64,000 nt of DNA from Candidatus Lustribacter sp. (GCA_965277805.1 OZ255842.1:5312001-5376000); one strand, 5' to 3'. Shown: positions 37,396 to 46,974, counted from the first letter of the stretch. Notes: a model not told the origin generated them from the letters alone. Numbers and translations: made by a program.

Positions 37396-38441
37396 GCGCG
37401 GTCGCGACCGCTGCAGCGCCGGTCGAGGTCACCGGTCTCGAGAAGCGCTACGCGGACGGCAGGACGAGCGTTGCAGCGGTCAACGGCGTGTCGTTTCGCG
37501 TGCAAGCCGGCGAGTTCTTCACGCTGCTCGGCCCGAGCGGCTGCGGCAAGACGACGACGTTGCGTTGTCTCGCGGGCTTGGAGCGGCCCGACGGCGGGAC
37601 GATCGCGATCGGCGGCCGCGTCGTCTCGTCGTCCGATCCGCCCGCCTTCGTAGCGCCGAACGAACGCGATATCGGCATGGTGTTCCAAAGCTATGCGATC
37701 TGGCCGCACATGACGGTGTTTCAGAACGTTGCGTTTCCGTTGAAGGTCGCGGGTCTCGGCGCGCGCTCGGCCGAGACGACCGCGCGGGTGGAAGAAGCGC
37801 TCGCGCTCGTGCACCTCGACGCGCAAGCGTCGCGCCTCGCAACGCAGCTTTCCGGCGGGCAGCAGCAACGGCTCGCGCTCGCGCGAGCGCTCGTGCGCCG
37901 TCCGCCCTTGCTGCTCCTCGACGAGCCGCTCTCCAACCTCGATGCGCGGCTGCGCGAACAGATGCGGCTCGAGTTGCGCGCCCTGCAGCGCCGTCTCGGC
38001 ATCACGATGATCTACGTAACGCACGACCAAACGGAAGCCCTGAGCATGAGCGACCGGCTGGCCGTGATGCTCGACGGCCGTATCGTGCAAGCGGGTTCGC
38101 CGGCGGAAATGTACGGCGCGCCGGCGAGCGCGTTCGTGGCGGAATTCATCGGCAGCAGCAACGTGCTCGAAGTGCACGTCGCGGCCCGCTTCGGGGTCGT
38201 CATCACCGGGGCCGCGGGCTTCATCAGCATCCGGCCCGAGCACGTGCGGCTACATCCGCATGACGGTAACGGCGAACCCGGCGGCCGCGTCGAGTCGGTG
38301 ACGTTTCTCGGCGAGATGACCGAGTGTGAGGTGACGATCGGCGACCGCCGGCTGCGCTCCCGGATGCTCTCGCCGGTCGGTTTGGCGGTGGGCGACGCGG
38401 TGCGCGTGGAGATGCGGCCGGAGTACGCCACCCCGCTCTGA
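37392..38441 (+). CDS. ABC transporter ATP-binding subunit (PotA/FbpC-type)
   Basis: GPSGCGKTT, LSGGQQQR, LLLDEPLSNLD, YVTHDQ and a TOBE tail. GTG start overlaps the Rieske stop. Confidence 0.93.
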   Translation: MSAVATAAAPVEVTGLEKRYADGRTSVAAVNGVSFRVQAGEFFTLLGPSGCGKTTTLRCLAGLERPDGGTIAIGGRVVSSSDPPAFVAPNERDIGMVFQSYAIWPHMTVFQNVAFPLKVAGLGARSAETTARVEEALALVHLDAQASRLATQLSGGQQQRLALARALVRRPPLLLLDEPLSNLDARLREQMRLELRALQRRLGITMIYVTHDQTEALSMSDRLAVMLDGRIVQAGSPAEMYGAPASAFVAEFIGSSNVLEVHVAARFGVVITGAAGFISIRPEHVRLHPHDGNGEPGGRVESVTFLGEMTECEVTIGDRRLRSRMLSPVGLAVGDAVRVEMRPEYATPL

Positions 38442-38478
38442 GGGGCCCGGCGACTGCGAAGCCGAAACGCCGAGGGCT

Positions 38479-39595
38479 ATGTCTGACGCCCAACGAGTTG
38501 CGATCGAGAAGTCCCAGGAACGCCTGACCGCGCTCAAGGTGCGTCTTTGACGACGCGGCCAAACGACGGACGTTAGCCGAACTCGAAGGGCGGTCGCAGA
38601 GCGACGGCTTCTGGGATGATGCGCAGGCGGCCCAAGCGACGATGAAGCGCTTGGCCGAGGTGCGGAGCGACGTCGATGCGATCTCTGCCGTCGAGAAGCT
38701 GCTCGACGAAGCGGCGGAAACGCTCGACGTGCTGGGCGATGAACCCGGGGCCGAAGCCGACGTCGATGCCGCGCTCGCGCGCGCGCAGGGCGATCTCGAC
38801 GCGCTCGAGATGGCGGCGAATTTCGATCGTCCCTACGATTCGCACGGCGCGATCGTCACGATTCGCGCCGGCGCCGGCGGTACCGATGCGGCCGATTGGA
38901 CGCAGATGCTCGAGCGCATGTACCTGAAGTGGGCGAAGAATCGCGGCTTCGAGGGCACCGTCGTGGAAGAAGCAGAGGCGGATGAAGCCGGCCTGCGTCT
39001 GGCGACGTTCTTCGTGCGCGGCAAGAACGCATACGGAATGCTCGAGAGCGAACGCGGCGTGCACCGCCTCGTGCGCATCTCGCCGTTCGATCAGCAGCAT
39101 CGCCGCCAAACCTCGTTCGCCGAGGTCGACGTCGTGCCCGAGATCGAGGAAGGCGACGTCGAGGACATCGAGATTCGTCCCGAAGACCTGCGCGTCGAGA
39201 CGTTCAAGGCCAGCGGTGCCGGCGGTCAGTACGTCAACAAGACCGAGTCGGCCGTCCGCATCATCCACGTACCGACCAACACGATCGTCGCTTCGCAGCA
39301 AGAACGCTCGCAGATGCAGAACCGCGACGTCGCGATGAACATCTTGCGCGCGAAGCTCGTGCAGCGCGAACGCGAAGAGCGTGAAGCGAAGCTCGAGGAG
39401 CTGCGCGGCGAGCGGCGCGCCAACGAGTGGGGCTCGCAGATCCGTTCCTACACGCTCAACCCGTTCCAGCTCGTGAAGGATCATCGCACCGGCGTTGAGA
39501 CCGGCAACACCGAGGGCGTGCTCGAGGGCGACATCGAGCCGTTCATCTGGCCCTATCTTCAGGCGCGCGGGCGCCTCTCGCCGAGCGTCGCGTAG
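38479..39595 (+). CDS. prfB: Peptide chain release factor 2 with programmed +1 frameshift
   Basis: ORF1 from ATG 38479 ends CTT TGA C (38545-38551). The +1 frame contains RISPFD (SPF) and GAGGQ. Confidence 0.97.
38537..38551 (+). other. prfB +1 frameshift cassette
   Basis: AGGTG-CGT-CTTTGAC: internal SD-like element, 3-nt spacer, slippery CTT and TGA stop. Confidence 0.92.
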
Positions 39596-39597
39596 CC

Positions 39598-40494
39598 GTG
39601 CCGCCGCGCGTCGACGTCGTGATGGTCAGCTGGAACGACAAGGCCAACGTGATGACGGCGCTCGAGTCGGTGTTCGCGCTGAGCGAAGTGCAGGCCGACC
39701 CGGGCTTTGCCAACGTCGTCGTTTCCGACAACGGCTCGACCGACGGTACGCTGGAATTCATCACCGAGCGTTACGGTGCGCGGGTGAGGGCCATCGCGAA
39801 CGGCGCCAATCTCGGCTTTGGCGCGGCCTGCAACCGGGCGTTCGCGCAAACGTCGGCGCCGTACGTCTTCTTGCTCAACCCGGACGCGGAGTTGAAAAAC
39901 CGCGCCCTTGCAGCAATCGTCACGTTTCTCGACGAGCACCCGCGGTGCGGCATCGCGGGCTCCCGGCTCTACAACACCGACGGATCGATCCAGCCCTCGG
40001 CCGGGGAATTCGATACGTGGACGGGCGCGTTCTTGCGCTCGAGCGCGTGGGGTGAACTGCCGCCGTTTCGGCGTTTTGCCAACGGTGCCGGACTGCGTGA
40101 CTTCACCTACGATAAACCGCGCAAGGTCGATCTCGTGATCGGCGCGGCGGTCGGCCTGCGGCGCGCGATGCTCGATGAGATCGGAGCGTTCGACGAGCGT
40201 TTCTTTCTCTATCACGAAGAAGTCGATCTCGCACGGCGGGCGGCGACGGCGGGCTGGGAAACGTGGTTCGTGCCCGCGAGCGAAGCCGTGCATGAGGGAA
40301 TGGGCAGCGCGAAAGGTCAGTACCGCCAAGTCGAAGTGCGCAAACAAAAATCGCGGCGGCAGTACTGGGTCAAGCATCACGGCTACGCGTGGTATATCGC
40401 GCTCGTGGCCGCGCTGATCGGCCGCTTCGCACTCTACCTCGCCGCCGCCGGCGGGTTGCTGTTCGCCGTAGGGCGGATCGTCCGCGGCAAATGA
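39598..40494 (+). CDS. GT2-family glycosyltransferase (WbbL-like)
   Basis: VSDNGSTDGT, NLGFGAACN, LLNPD and FDERFFLYHEEVD. Confidence 0.92.
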   Translation: MPPRVDVVMVSWNDKANVMTALESVFALSEVQADPGFANVVVSDNGSTDGTLEFITERYGARVRAIANGANLGFGAACNRAFAQTSAPYVFLLNPDAELKNRALAAIVTFLDEHPRCGIAGSRLYNTDGSIQPSAGEFDTWTGAFLRSSAWGELPPFRRFANGAGLRDFTYDKPRKVDLVIGAAVGLRRAMLDEIGAFDERFFLYHEEVDLARRAATAGWETWFVPASEAVHEGMGSAKGQYRQVEVRKQKSRRQYWVKHHGYAWYIALVAALIGRFALYLAAAGGLLFAVGRIVRGK

Positions 40495-40829
40495 TCGCGC
40501 CGGAATCGGTCGTCACCTTCGAGCGCGTCGACGGCTTCCGCGTGGTGAAGTCGTACGGCTACGCATACGGACAGGCCACGCGGCCGCGCAACATCTTACG
40601 CGCGACGTTCCGCAGCATCGGCGCGTTCATCGGGCTCGCGCCGGTCGAGTATTTGACGGATGCCGAGCGCTCGCGCACCGATTGCCTCGCGGAGCTGGTG
40701 CGCAAAGCCGAACTGACCGGTGCGAACGGTATCATCGGTTTGCAGTTTCAGGTGTCGGAAGCAGAAGACGGATCGACCAAGGTGCTGGCCTTCGGCGAGG
40801 CCGTGCTGCTGGAGCCGGCGCCGAAATGA
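40491..40829 (+). CDS. YbjQ/UPF0145 family protein
   Basis: GANGIIGLQF...VLAFGEAV pattern, about 112 aa, overlapping both neighbours (ATGA). Confidence 0.8.
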   Translation: MIAPESVVTFERVDGFRVVKSYGYAYGQATRPRNILRATFRSIGAFIGLAPVEYLTDAERSRTDCLAELVRKAELTGANGIIGLQFQVSEAEDGSTKVLAFGEAVLLEPAPK

Positions 40830-41485
40830 CGCTAGCCGAACGTGCGACGCGCGAAAGGACGCTCGAAGCGGCCGCGCGTGTCGTCGAAGCCTGCCGGCTG
40901 TGCACGATCGGTTCAACGCGCACGAACAGCGTGTTCGGCGAAGGCGATCCGTGCGCGCCGCTGATGTGCGTGGGCGAAGGTCCGGGCGAAACGGAAGACC
41001 GGCTCGGCCGTCCGTTCGTCGGCCGCGCGGGCGAGTTGCTGGAAAAAATGCTGGCGGCGATCGGCCTCGCACGCGAAGACGTCTACATTGCCAACACCGT
41101 GAAGTGCCGTCCGACGCTCGATGCCGGCCATCGCTTGGCCAACCGCGCGCCCACGCCCGACGAGATGAAGAACTGCCGTCACTACCTCGACGCTCAGATC
41201 GACGTGATCCGGCCGCGCGTGATCCTGGCACTCGGCGCGCCGGCGGCGAAGTCGTTCATGGGCGAGCGTTTCTCGATCACGAAGCAGCGCGGCCAGTGGT
41301 TCGAAGGCCCGTTCGGCATACCGGTCACCGCAACGTTTCATCCGGCCTACATCTTGCGTCAAACCGGCGGCGCGATGACGGAAGTCAAACGCCTCGTGTT
41401 CGCCGATCTAAAGGCGGTCCGCGAGAAGATCGATGCCGCGCCCTCGCCGCCGCCCGCCTTGGAGCAGCAGTCGCTCTTCGACTAA
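40826..41485 (+). CDS. Uracil-DNA glycosylase family 4
   Basis: CRLC, VGEGPGETED..GRPFVG, NTVKCRP and TFHPAY. Confidence 0.93.
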   Translation: MTLAERATRERTLEAAARVVEACRLCTIGSTRTNSVFGEGDPCAPLMCVGEGPGETEDRLGRPFVGRAGELLEKMLAAIGLAREDVYIANTVKCRPTLDAGHRLANRAPTPDEMKNCRHYLDAQIDVIRPRVILALGAPAAKSFMGERFSITKQRGQWFEGPFGIPVTATFHPAYILRQTGGAMTEVKRLVFADLKAVREKIDAAPSPPPALEQQSLFD

Positions 41486-41502
41486 ACGCCGAAGCGCGCG
41501 AG

Positions 41503-42291
41503 ATGCAGACGCCCGGCGACGTGCAAGGCATTCAGTCTATCGAACTGGGCGGGAGCGTCTTGCGCGCGCTGATCGATGCAAATGGCGATACGCTGCCGTT
41601 GCGCGATGTTGCCTTAGCGGCGGGTATGTCGGCGAGCAAAGCGCGTCGCTACTTACTAAGTTTTGCGCGGATCGGCCTCGTTTCGCAGGAGGCAGCCACC
41701 GGCTACTACGGGCTTGGACCGTTGGCAATTCGTTTAGGGCTGGCCGCCATCGCCGCGATTGCGGTCGACCGGCTCGCGCCGCCCGTCATCCGTGAACTAC
41801 GCCGGCGTCTGCAAGAGACGGTCGTGATGACGATCTGGAGCGATCGCGGCCCTATCATTTTGCAAGCCGAGGACAGCCAACTCGCGGTCATGGTCAACGC
41901 GCGCATCGGCTCGACGTTGCCGATGATCGGTAGCGCGACGGGCCGGCTCTTCGCAGCCTATTTCGATCCCGCAAGCACCGGACCACGGATCACCGAGGAG
42001 CTTTCCCGGTTGGCGAAGGGCCCGGCACTCCGGCAGGCGCAGCACGATTTCGATCTCCGCTTGGACGAAGTTCGCAAGCACGGCGCCGCGCGCACCGAGG
42101 GCGAGCTGCTCAACGGCGTGAGCGCGCTGGCAGCGCCGGTTTTCGACCATACCGGAACGCTGATCGCCGGACTCGGGGTGCTTGGGCACCGCGGGATTCT
42201 CGACGTAAGCTGGACCGGGACGCCCTGCACGGAGCTCAAACGCTCGGCTGCTACCCTATCCGAGCTCTGCGGGCACACCCCGGCAAAATAA
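41503..42291 (+). CDS. IclR-family transcriptional regulator
   Basis: GIQSIELG..VL, HTH (GMSASKARRYL), SATGRLF and GVSALAAPVFD. Confidence 0.92.
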   Translation: MQTPGDVQGIQSIELGGSVLRALIDANGDTLPLRDVALAAGMSASKARRYLLSFARIGLVSQEAATGYYGLGPLAIRLGLAAIAAIAVDRLAPPVIRELRRRLQETVVMTIWSDRGPIILQAEDSQLAVMVNARIGSTLPMIGSATGRLFAAYFDPASTGPRITEELSRLAKGPALRQAQHDFDLRLDEVRKHGAARTEGELLNGVSALAAPVFDHTGTLIAGLGVLGHRGILDVSWTGTPCTELKRSAATLSELCGHTPAK

Positions 42292-42305
42292 TCTCCGGGC
42301 GTGCG

Positions 42306-42335
42306 TTGCATAATATGCAATGCATGCCTTATACT
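42306..42335 (+). promoter_or_regulatory. Promoter of the esterase operon with a 15-bp palindromic operator
   Basis: TTGCAT-N18-TATACT, with perfect palindrome TTGCATA-A-TATGCAA (42306-42320) covering the -35 box. Confidence 0.72.
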
Positions 42336-42341
42336 GCGGCG

Positions 42342-43973
42342 GTGATGCCTCGCTTTCTCGCTGCGGCACTGCTCGCCGTCCTTACGCTCGAGCCGACGGT
42401 CGTGCCGGCCCAGACCGCCGGCCCGATGGCATCGATCGACGCCGGCCGTCTCGCCGGCGTGCTCGACGATGCGGGGATCGATTCTTACCGTGGCATCCCG
42501 TTTGCGGCGCCGCCTGTCGGCAACCTACGCTGGCGCGAACCCCAACCGGTCGCAGCGTGGAACGGCGTGCGCGACGCGCGCGAGTACGGCGATCGGTGTC
42601 AGCAGAGCCCGTTTCCGCCATCGACCCCACTCGGTAGCGGTGGTCTATCCGAAGATTGTCTCTTTCTCAACGTATGGGCGGCGCCGGCGGCCGTTCGCGC
42701 ACCGGTGCTGGTGTGGATCCACGGCGGCGGTTTTTCCAACGGCTACAGCAATGCCGTTGGATTCGACGGGGATGCGTTCGCGCAAAAAGGCCTGGTCTTC
42801 GTCAGCATCAACTATCGCCTCGGCGCGTTCGGTTTTCTCGCGCATCCTGCATTGACCCAAGAATCGCCGCACAAAACGTCGGGGAATTACGGGGCGCTCG
42901 ATCAGATCGCCGCATTGCAGTGGGTGAAGCGCAACATCGCGGCGTTCGGCGGCGACCCGGACAACGTCACGATTTTCGGCGAATCTGCCGGCTCCGTCAG
43001 CGTCTCGGTGCTGACCGCGTCACCGCTCGCCAAGGGCCTCTTCGCACGCGCGATCGGTGACAGCGGCGCCGGCCTCGGCTCGAGCGTCGACACGCTGCCG
43101 GTGATGCCGCTCGCGCGGGAAGAACAACGCGGTCTTGCGTTCGCGGGCTTACTCCACGCGCATACCGCGGCGGAACTGCGCGCGATCCCGGCCGACAAGA
43201 TCGTCGATGCCGGCGAGCACGGTGCGGGCACGCTCTTTCAGGCGGGCCGCTTCGCACCGGCAATCGACGGCTACCTATTGCGTGAAACGCCGGAGCGCAC
43301 GTTTGCGCGCGGCGCGCAGAACAACGTTTCGCTGTTGACCGGCTGGAATATGCGTGAAGGTTTGCTGTTCTCGCTCCTCGATCCCGGTGGCGCGTCCGCC
43401 GTCGGTTGCAAACCGGTGTGGGACGACGCGCGCACCGTCACGGGCTTTCCGGAACAAGCAAACCGCTCGTTCGGTGCCGCAGCGCCGGCGTTTTTGCAAC
43501 TCTATCCACACGCAACGACCGACGAAGTCCGCATGTCGGCCGAAGATACCGTCGGCGACCTCGCGATCGATTGGGCCACCTGGAAGTGGGCCGATCTCCA
43601 ATCGAAGAGCGGCAAGACATCGGTTTACACGTATTTGTTCGCGAAAGTGCCGCCGCCCGAGTATCCATTGCACGCGGCAACGCACGGATCGGAAACGCCG
43701 TACGCCTTCGACAATCTGAAATCGCGCAAGTGGAGCTGGGATCAGGCGGACCTCCAAATCGCGCACGGCATGTCGTCGTATTACGCGAACTTCGCGCGCA
43801 CCGGCGATCCGAACGGACCGGGGTTACCGCGCTGGCCGGCGTACACGGGAGCGGTCCCGCAGCGGATGGTCTTTGACGCGAACGGAGTTGCCGCAGCGCC
43901 GGTGTCGCTGGCGCGAGTCCGGCTGATCGACGCGAACCGTGCGGCCGGTCCGTGGTGCCCCGATGCTCGGTGA
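42342..43973 (+). CDS. Secreted type-B carboxylesterase (PnbA-like)
   Basis: GIPFAAPPVGNLRW, SEDCLFLNVW, WIHGGG, GESAG nucleophile and THGSE. Signal peptide (VPA|Q). GTG 42342 or ATG 42345. Confidence 0.93.
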   Translation: MMPRFLAAALLAVLTLEPTVVPAQTAGPMASIDAGRLAGVLDDAGIDSYRGIPFAAPPVGNLRWREPQPVAAWNGVRDAREYGDRCQQSPFPPSTPLGSGGLSEDCLFLNVWAAPAAVRAPVLVWIHGGGFSNGYSNAVGFDGDAFAQKGLVFVSINYRLGAFGFLAHPALTQESPHKTSGNYGALDQIAALQWVKRNIAAFGGDPDNVTIFGESAGSVSVSVLTASPLAKGLFARAIGDSGAGLGSSVDTLPVMPLAREEQRGLAFAGLLHAHTAAELRAIPADKIVDAGEHGAGTLFQAGRFAPAIDGYLLRETPERTFARGAQNNVSLLTGWNMREGLLFSLLDPGGASAVGCKPVWDDARTVTGFPEQANRSFGAAAPAFLQLYPHATTDEVRMSAEDTVGDLAIDWATWKWADLQSKSGKTSVYTYLFAKVPPPEYPLHAATHGSETPYAFDNLKSRKWSWDQADLQIAHGMSSYYANFARTGDPNGPGLPRWPAYTGAVPQRMVFDANGVAAAPVSLARVRLIDANRAAGPWCPDAR

Positions 43974-44580
43974 AGTGGGCATCGCGGACTTCATCGACCG
44001 GGCCTCGGTCGCCGACGTGATTGGGCGCGAACGCGCGGCGCGCGACGGCCGGCGGTGGACCGAAATGGCGGCCTGCTACCATCCCGACGCTTTCGTCGAC
44101 GTGTCGTGGTTCCGCGGCGGAGGCGAGGCGTTCGTTGAGGCCAGCCGCAAAGTCGCGGCCGGTCCGACGCTGAGCTTTCACGGCATGGCGCCCGCCGTCG
44201 TTACAGTCAACGGCGATCGCGCGCTGGCGGAGACGGCCTGCTCTTTGCACGGCATGACCGAACTCGAGGGCGTCGATGTTGCGCTGATCGGTTACACGCG
44301 GTTGTTGTGGCGCGCGCTGCGTTCGGGCGACGGCTGGCTCATCGCCGGCTTGCGTGCGATGTACGTCAGCGACATGCTGCTGCCGCGAAATCCGAGCCGC
44401 GTGCCGGCGATCGATGACGAAATCCTGCGGACGTTCAGGCCATCGTACAAATACTTGAGCTACATCATCACCAAAAGCGGACGCACGATCCAAGATGATT
44501 TGCCGGGCATCGATCGGCCCGAAAGCGTCACGGCCTTACGTGCCGCCGAGCAACAGTGGCTCGAAGGGAGCATTTCATGA
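43963..44580 (+). CDS. SnoaL/NTF2-fold protein
   Basis: RERAARD..RW..MAACYHPDA.VDVSWF, then GDRALAE and DGWLI. Confidence 0.8.
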   Translation: MLGEVGIADFIDRASVADVIGRERAARDGRRWTEMAACYHPDAFVDVSWFRGGGEAFVEASRKVAAGPTLSFHGMAPAVVTVNGDRALAETACSLHGMTELEGVDVALIGYTRLLWRALRSGDGWLIAGLRAMYVSDMLLPRNPSRVPAIDDEILRTFRPSYKYLSYIITKSGRTIQDDLPGIDRPESVTALRAAEQQWLEGSIS

Positions 44581-45761
44581 GCACCATACTCGCCGAGCTC
44601 GATGTCGTCGAACGCGCGCGCGCGCTCGTCGAGCCTTTGCGCAGCAGGCACGACGAAACCGATCGTCTGAGCAAGGCCACCGAAGAGACGTCGGCCGAGT
44701 TGGAAGCGGCGGGCCTGTTCAAGCTAACGGTTCCGCGCGCGTACGGCGGTCTCGAAGCGAACATCACGACGTGGATGGAGGCCGTGACCGAGCTCGGCCG
44801 CGGCGACGGCGGCGTAGCGTGGGCCGTGACGCTCGTCAACGCTTGTAATTGGATGGCCGCCGGACTGTATCCGCGCAAGGTGGCCGACGAAGTCTTTGCC
44901 GATCCGAACGCGCGGGTGGCCGGCGTGTTTTCACCGCGCGGCGTCAAGGCGCGCCGCGTCGACGGCGGCATCGTCGTTGAAAAAGGCATCTGGTTCTTCA
45001 ATTCGGGCGTGTACCACGCGCAGTGGGATCTGCTCGGCGTGCCGATGTTCAACGCGGCGGGCGAGGCAATTGGACCTGGCATCGCGCTCGTGCCGATGAG
45101 CGACGTCAACATCCTCAACGACTGGGATACGATCGGGCTGCGTGGCAGCGGCAGTTCGAACGTTACGATGGAGAACGTCTTCGTCCCCGACGAACGCATC
45201 GTCGGTCTGCTTCCCGCAACACACGGAAAGCAGCCGCGCACGTTCCCCGAGGCGGCGCTCTATCGCACGGCGTTCGCGCCGTTGATGGTCGGCATTCTCG
45301 CCTTCCCGGTGCTCGGTATGGGGCTGCACATCATCGAAGAGTTTCTGGAAACGCTTCCGAAGCGCGACATCAAGCTGACCCCGTATATGAAAGCGGGCGA
45401 GGCGGTCGTGACGCAAGTGCAGATCGCGCAGGCGTCGGCCAAAGTGCACGCGGCGAAATGCATCATGGCGGCTGCGTGTGCTGAAATGGATGCGTCGGCG
45501 GCGCGCGGCGAGTACATGCCCGTACACGATCGCGCTCGCATCTGCCGCGATACCGCGTTCTCGGATCAGCTCGTGTGGGAAGCAGCCGACATCATCGCCG
45601 ACGCCGGCGGCGGTTCGTTCGCGCGGCGCGGCAACACGCTCAGCCGCGTGTGGGGTGATATCAAGGTCGCAACGCAGCACCCGTTCGTCGCACTGACGAG
45701 CAACTTTGAAATGTACGGCCGGCTTGTAGCCGGCATCGATCCGCCTTTGATGCCCGTTTAG
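44577..45761 (+). CDS. Acyl-CoA-dehydrogenase-fold flavin-dependent monooxygenase (HsaA/DszC-like, group D)
   Basis: GLFKLTVPRAYGG, WFFNSG, WDTIGLRGSGS and RVWGDIKVATQH. Confidence 0.88.
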   Translation: MSTILAELDVVERARALVEPLRSRHDETDRLSKATEETSAELEAAGLFKLTVPRAYGGLEANITTWMEAVTELGRGDGGVAWAVTLVNACNWMAAGLYPRKVADEVFADPNARVAGVFSPRGVKARRVDGGIVVEKGIWFFNSGVYHAQWDLLGVPMFNAAGEAIGPGIALVPMSDVNILNDWDTIGLRGSGSSNVTMENVFVPDERIVGLLPATHGKQPRTFPEAALYRTAFAPLMVGILAFPVLGMGLHIIEEFLETLPKRDIKLTPYMKAGEAVVTQVQIAQASAKVHAAKCIMAAACAEMDASAARGEYMPVHDRARICRDTAFSDQLVWEAADIIADAGGGSFARRGNTLSRVWGDIKVATQHPFVALTSNFEMYGRLVAGIDPPLMPV

Positions 45762-45774
45762 AAGAGAGGTCCTC

Positions 45775-46974
45775 ATGCATTCGTTTCGTGCACGCCGGCT
45801 CGGCGTCGCAGCGCTGGCGGCGTTGCTGGCGTTCGGTTCCGGCGGTGTCTCTGCGCAACAGCAGCCGCCGCTGAAGATCGGTTTGGTGTACTCGTACACC
45901 GGCGCGCCGGAATACATCGGTAAGGGCATCGATGCGGCGATCGCCGCTTATCAGGCGCTGCACGGCGACTCGGTCGCGGGCCGCAAAGTCGTGATCGTCA
46001 AGCGCGACGACACAGGCATTGCGCCGGACGTCGCCCGGCGTATGGCGCAAGAACTCGTCGTGCAGGACAACGTCGACATCCTGATCGGCGCCACGTCGAC
46101 CCCTAACGGTGCCGCGATCGCCGACATTTCTACGCAAGCGAAGAAGCCGTTTTTCGCAATCAATGTCGGAACGTCGGGCGCACTCGAGAAAGCGCCGTAC
46201 AGCGTGCGTTTCGGGTTCACCCTCGCGCAAATCACCGGACCGCTCGGGAAGTGGGTCGTACAGCGAAACATGAAGAGCGGTCTGCTGTTGTATCAGGACT
46301 ACGGTCCCGGCGTCGAAGGCGGGCGCGAATTCCGCAAGAGTTTCGAAGCCAGCGGCGGCAACGTCGTCGGCGAGATCAAGGTGCCGGTCACGAACCAGGA
46401 CTACGCCGCCTACGCGCAGCGCGTTCACGACGCCAGAGCCCAGGTGATGTACGCGTTCTTCAACTACCAGGGCGGTTTGTCGATGCTGAAGGCCGCGTCA
46501 ACTGCCGGTGCGCTGCACGACACGCGGGTCGTATCGACGCCCAGCATCATCCCGGATTCCGAAGTCGCGGCGGCCCCGACGGCGCTGGCACTCGGCTTGA
46601 TCAGCGTGCAGAACTACAGCTACACGCACGATTCCAAACTGAACCGCACCTTCGTCGCGGCGTTCCGCAAAGCGTACGGGGATCCGAACGAGGTGCCGAA
46701 TTTCGACGCCGCGGCGGCCTTCGACGTGATGAACGCGATCTACACGATCGCCAAGGCCCAGCACGGAAACCTCGACCCCGACAAAACGATGGCCGCGGTG
46801 CGCGGCCTGCGCTTTGAGAGCCCGCGTGGACCGCTGCAAATCGACGTCCACACGCGGGCGGCGGTCGAAAACGTCTACATCCGCCAGGTCGAGCTACTCA
46901 ACGGTAAACCGGCGCCGATCGAAATCGCAACGGTCCCGATGGTCCCCGACCCCAACGAACACTTCGACCGCTAG
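45775..46974 (+). CDS. Branched-chain/aromatic-type (LivJ-like) ABC substrate-binding protein
   Basis: Signal peptide, LKIGLVYSYTG, RDDTG.APDVARRMAQELVVQD, DYGPG and FESPRGP. Confidence 0.9.
   Translation: MHSFRARRLGVAALAALLAFGSGGVSAQQQPPLKIGLVYSYTGAPEYIGKGIDAAIAAYQALHGDSVAGRKVVIVKRDDTGIAPDVARRMAQELVVQDNVDILIGATSTPNGAAIADISTQAKKPFFAINVGTSGALEKAPYSVRFGFTLAQITGPLGKWVVQRNMKSGLLLYQDYGPGVEGGREFRKSFEASGGNVVGEIKVPVTNQDYAAYAQRVHDARAQVMYAFFNYQGGLSMLKAASTAGALHDTRVVSTPSIIPDSEVAAAPTALALGLISVQNYSYTHDSKLNRTFVAAFRKAYGDPNEVPNFDAAAAFDVMNAIYTIAKAQHGNLDPDKTMAAVRGLRFESPRGPLQIDVHTRAAVENVYIRQVELLNGKPAPIEIATVPMVPDPNEHFDR

Noticed and set aside
40720-42291. 523-aa IclR fusion protein from the ORF track
   Set aside because: The N-terminal half is an off-frame overlap with the ybjQ and udg genes. 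The real IclR starts at 41503.
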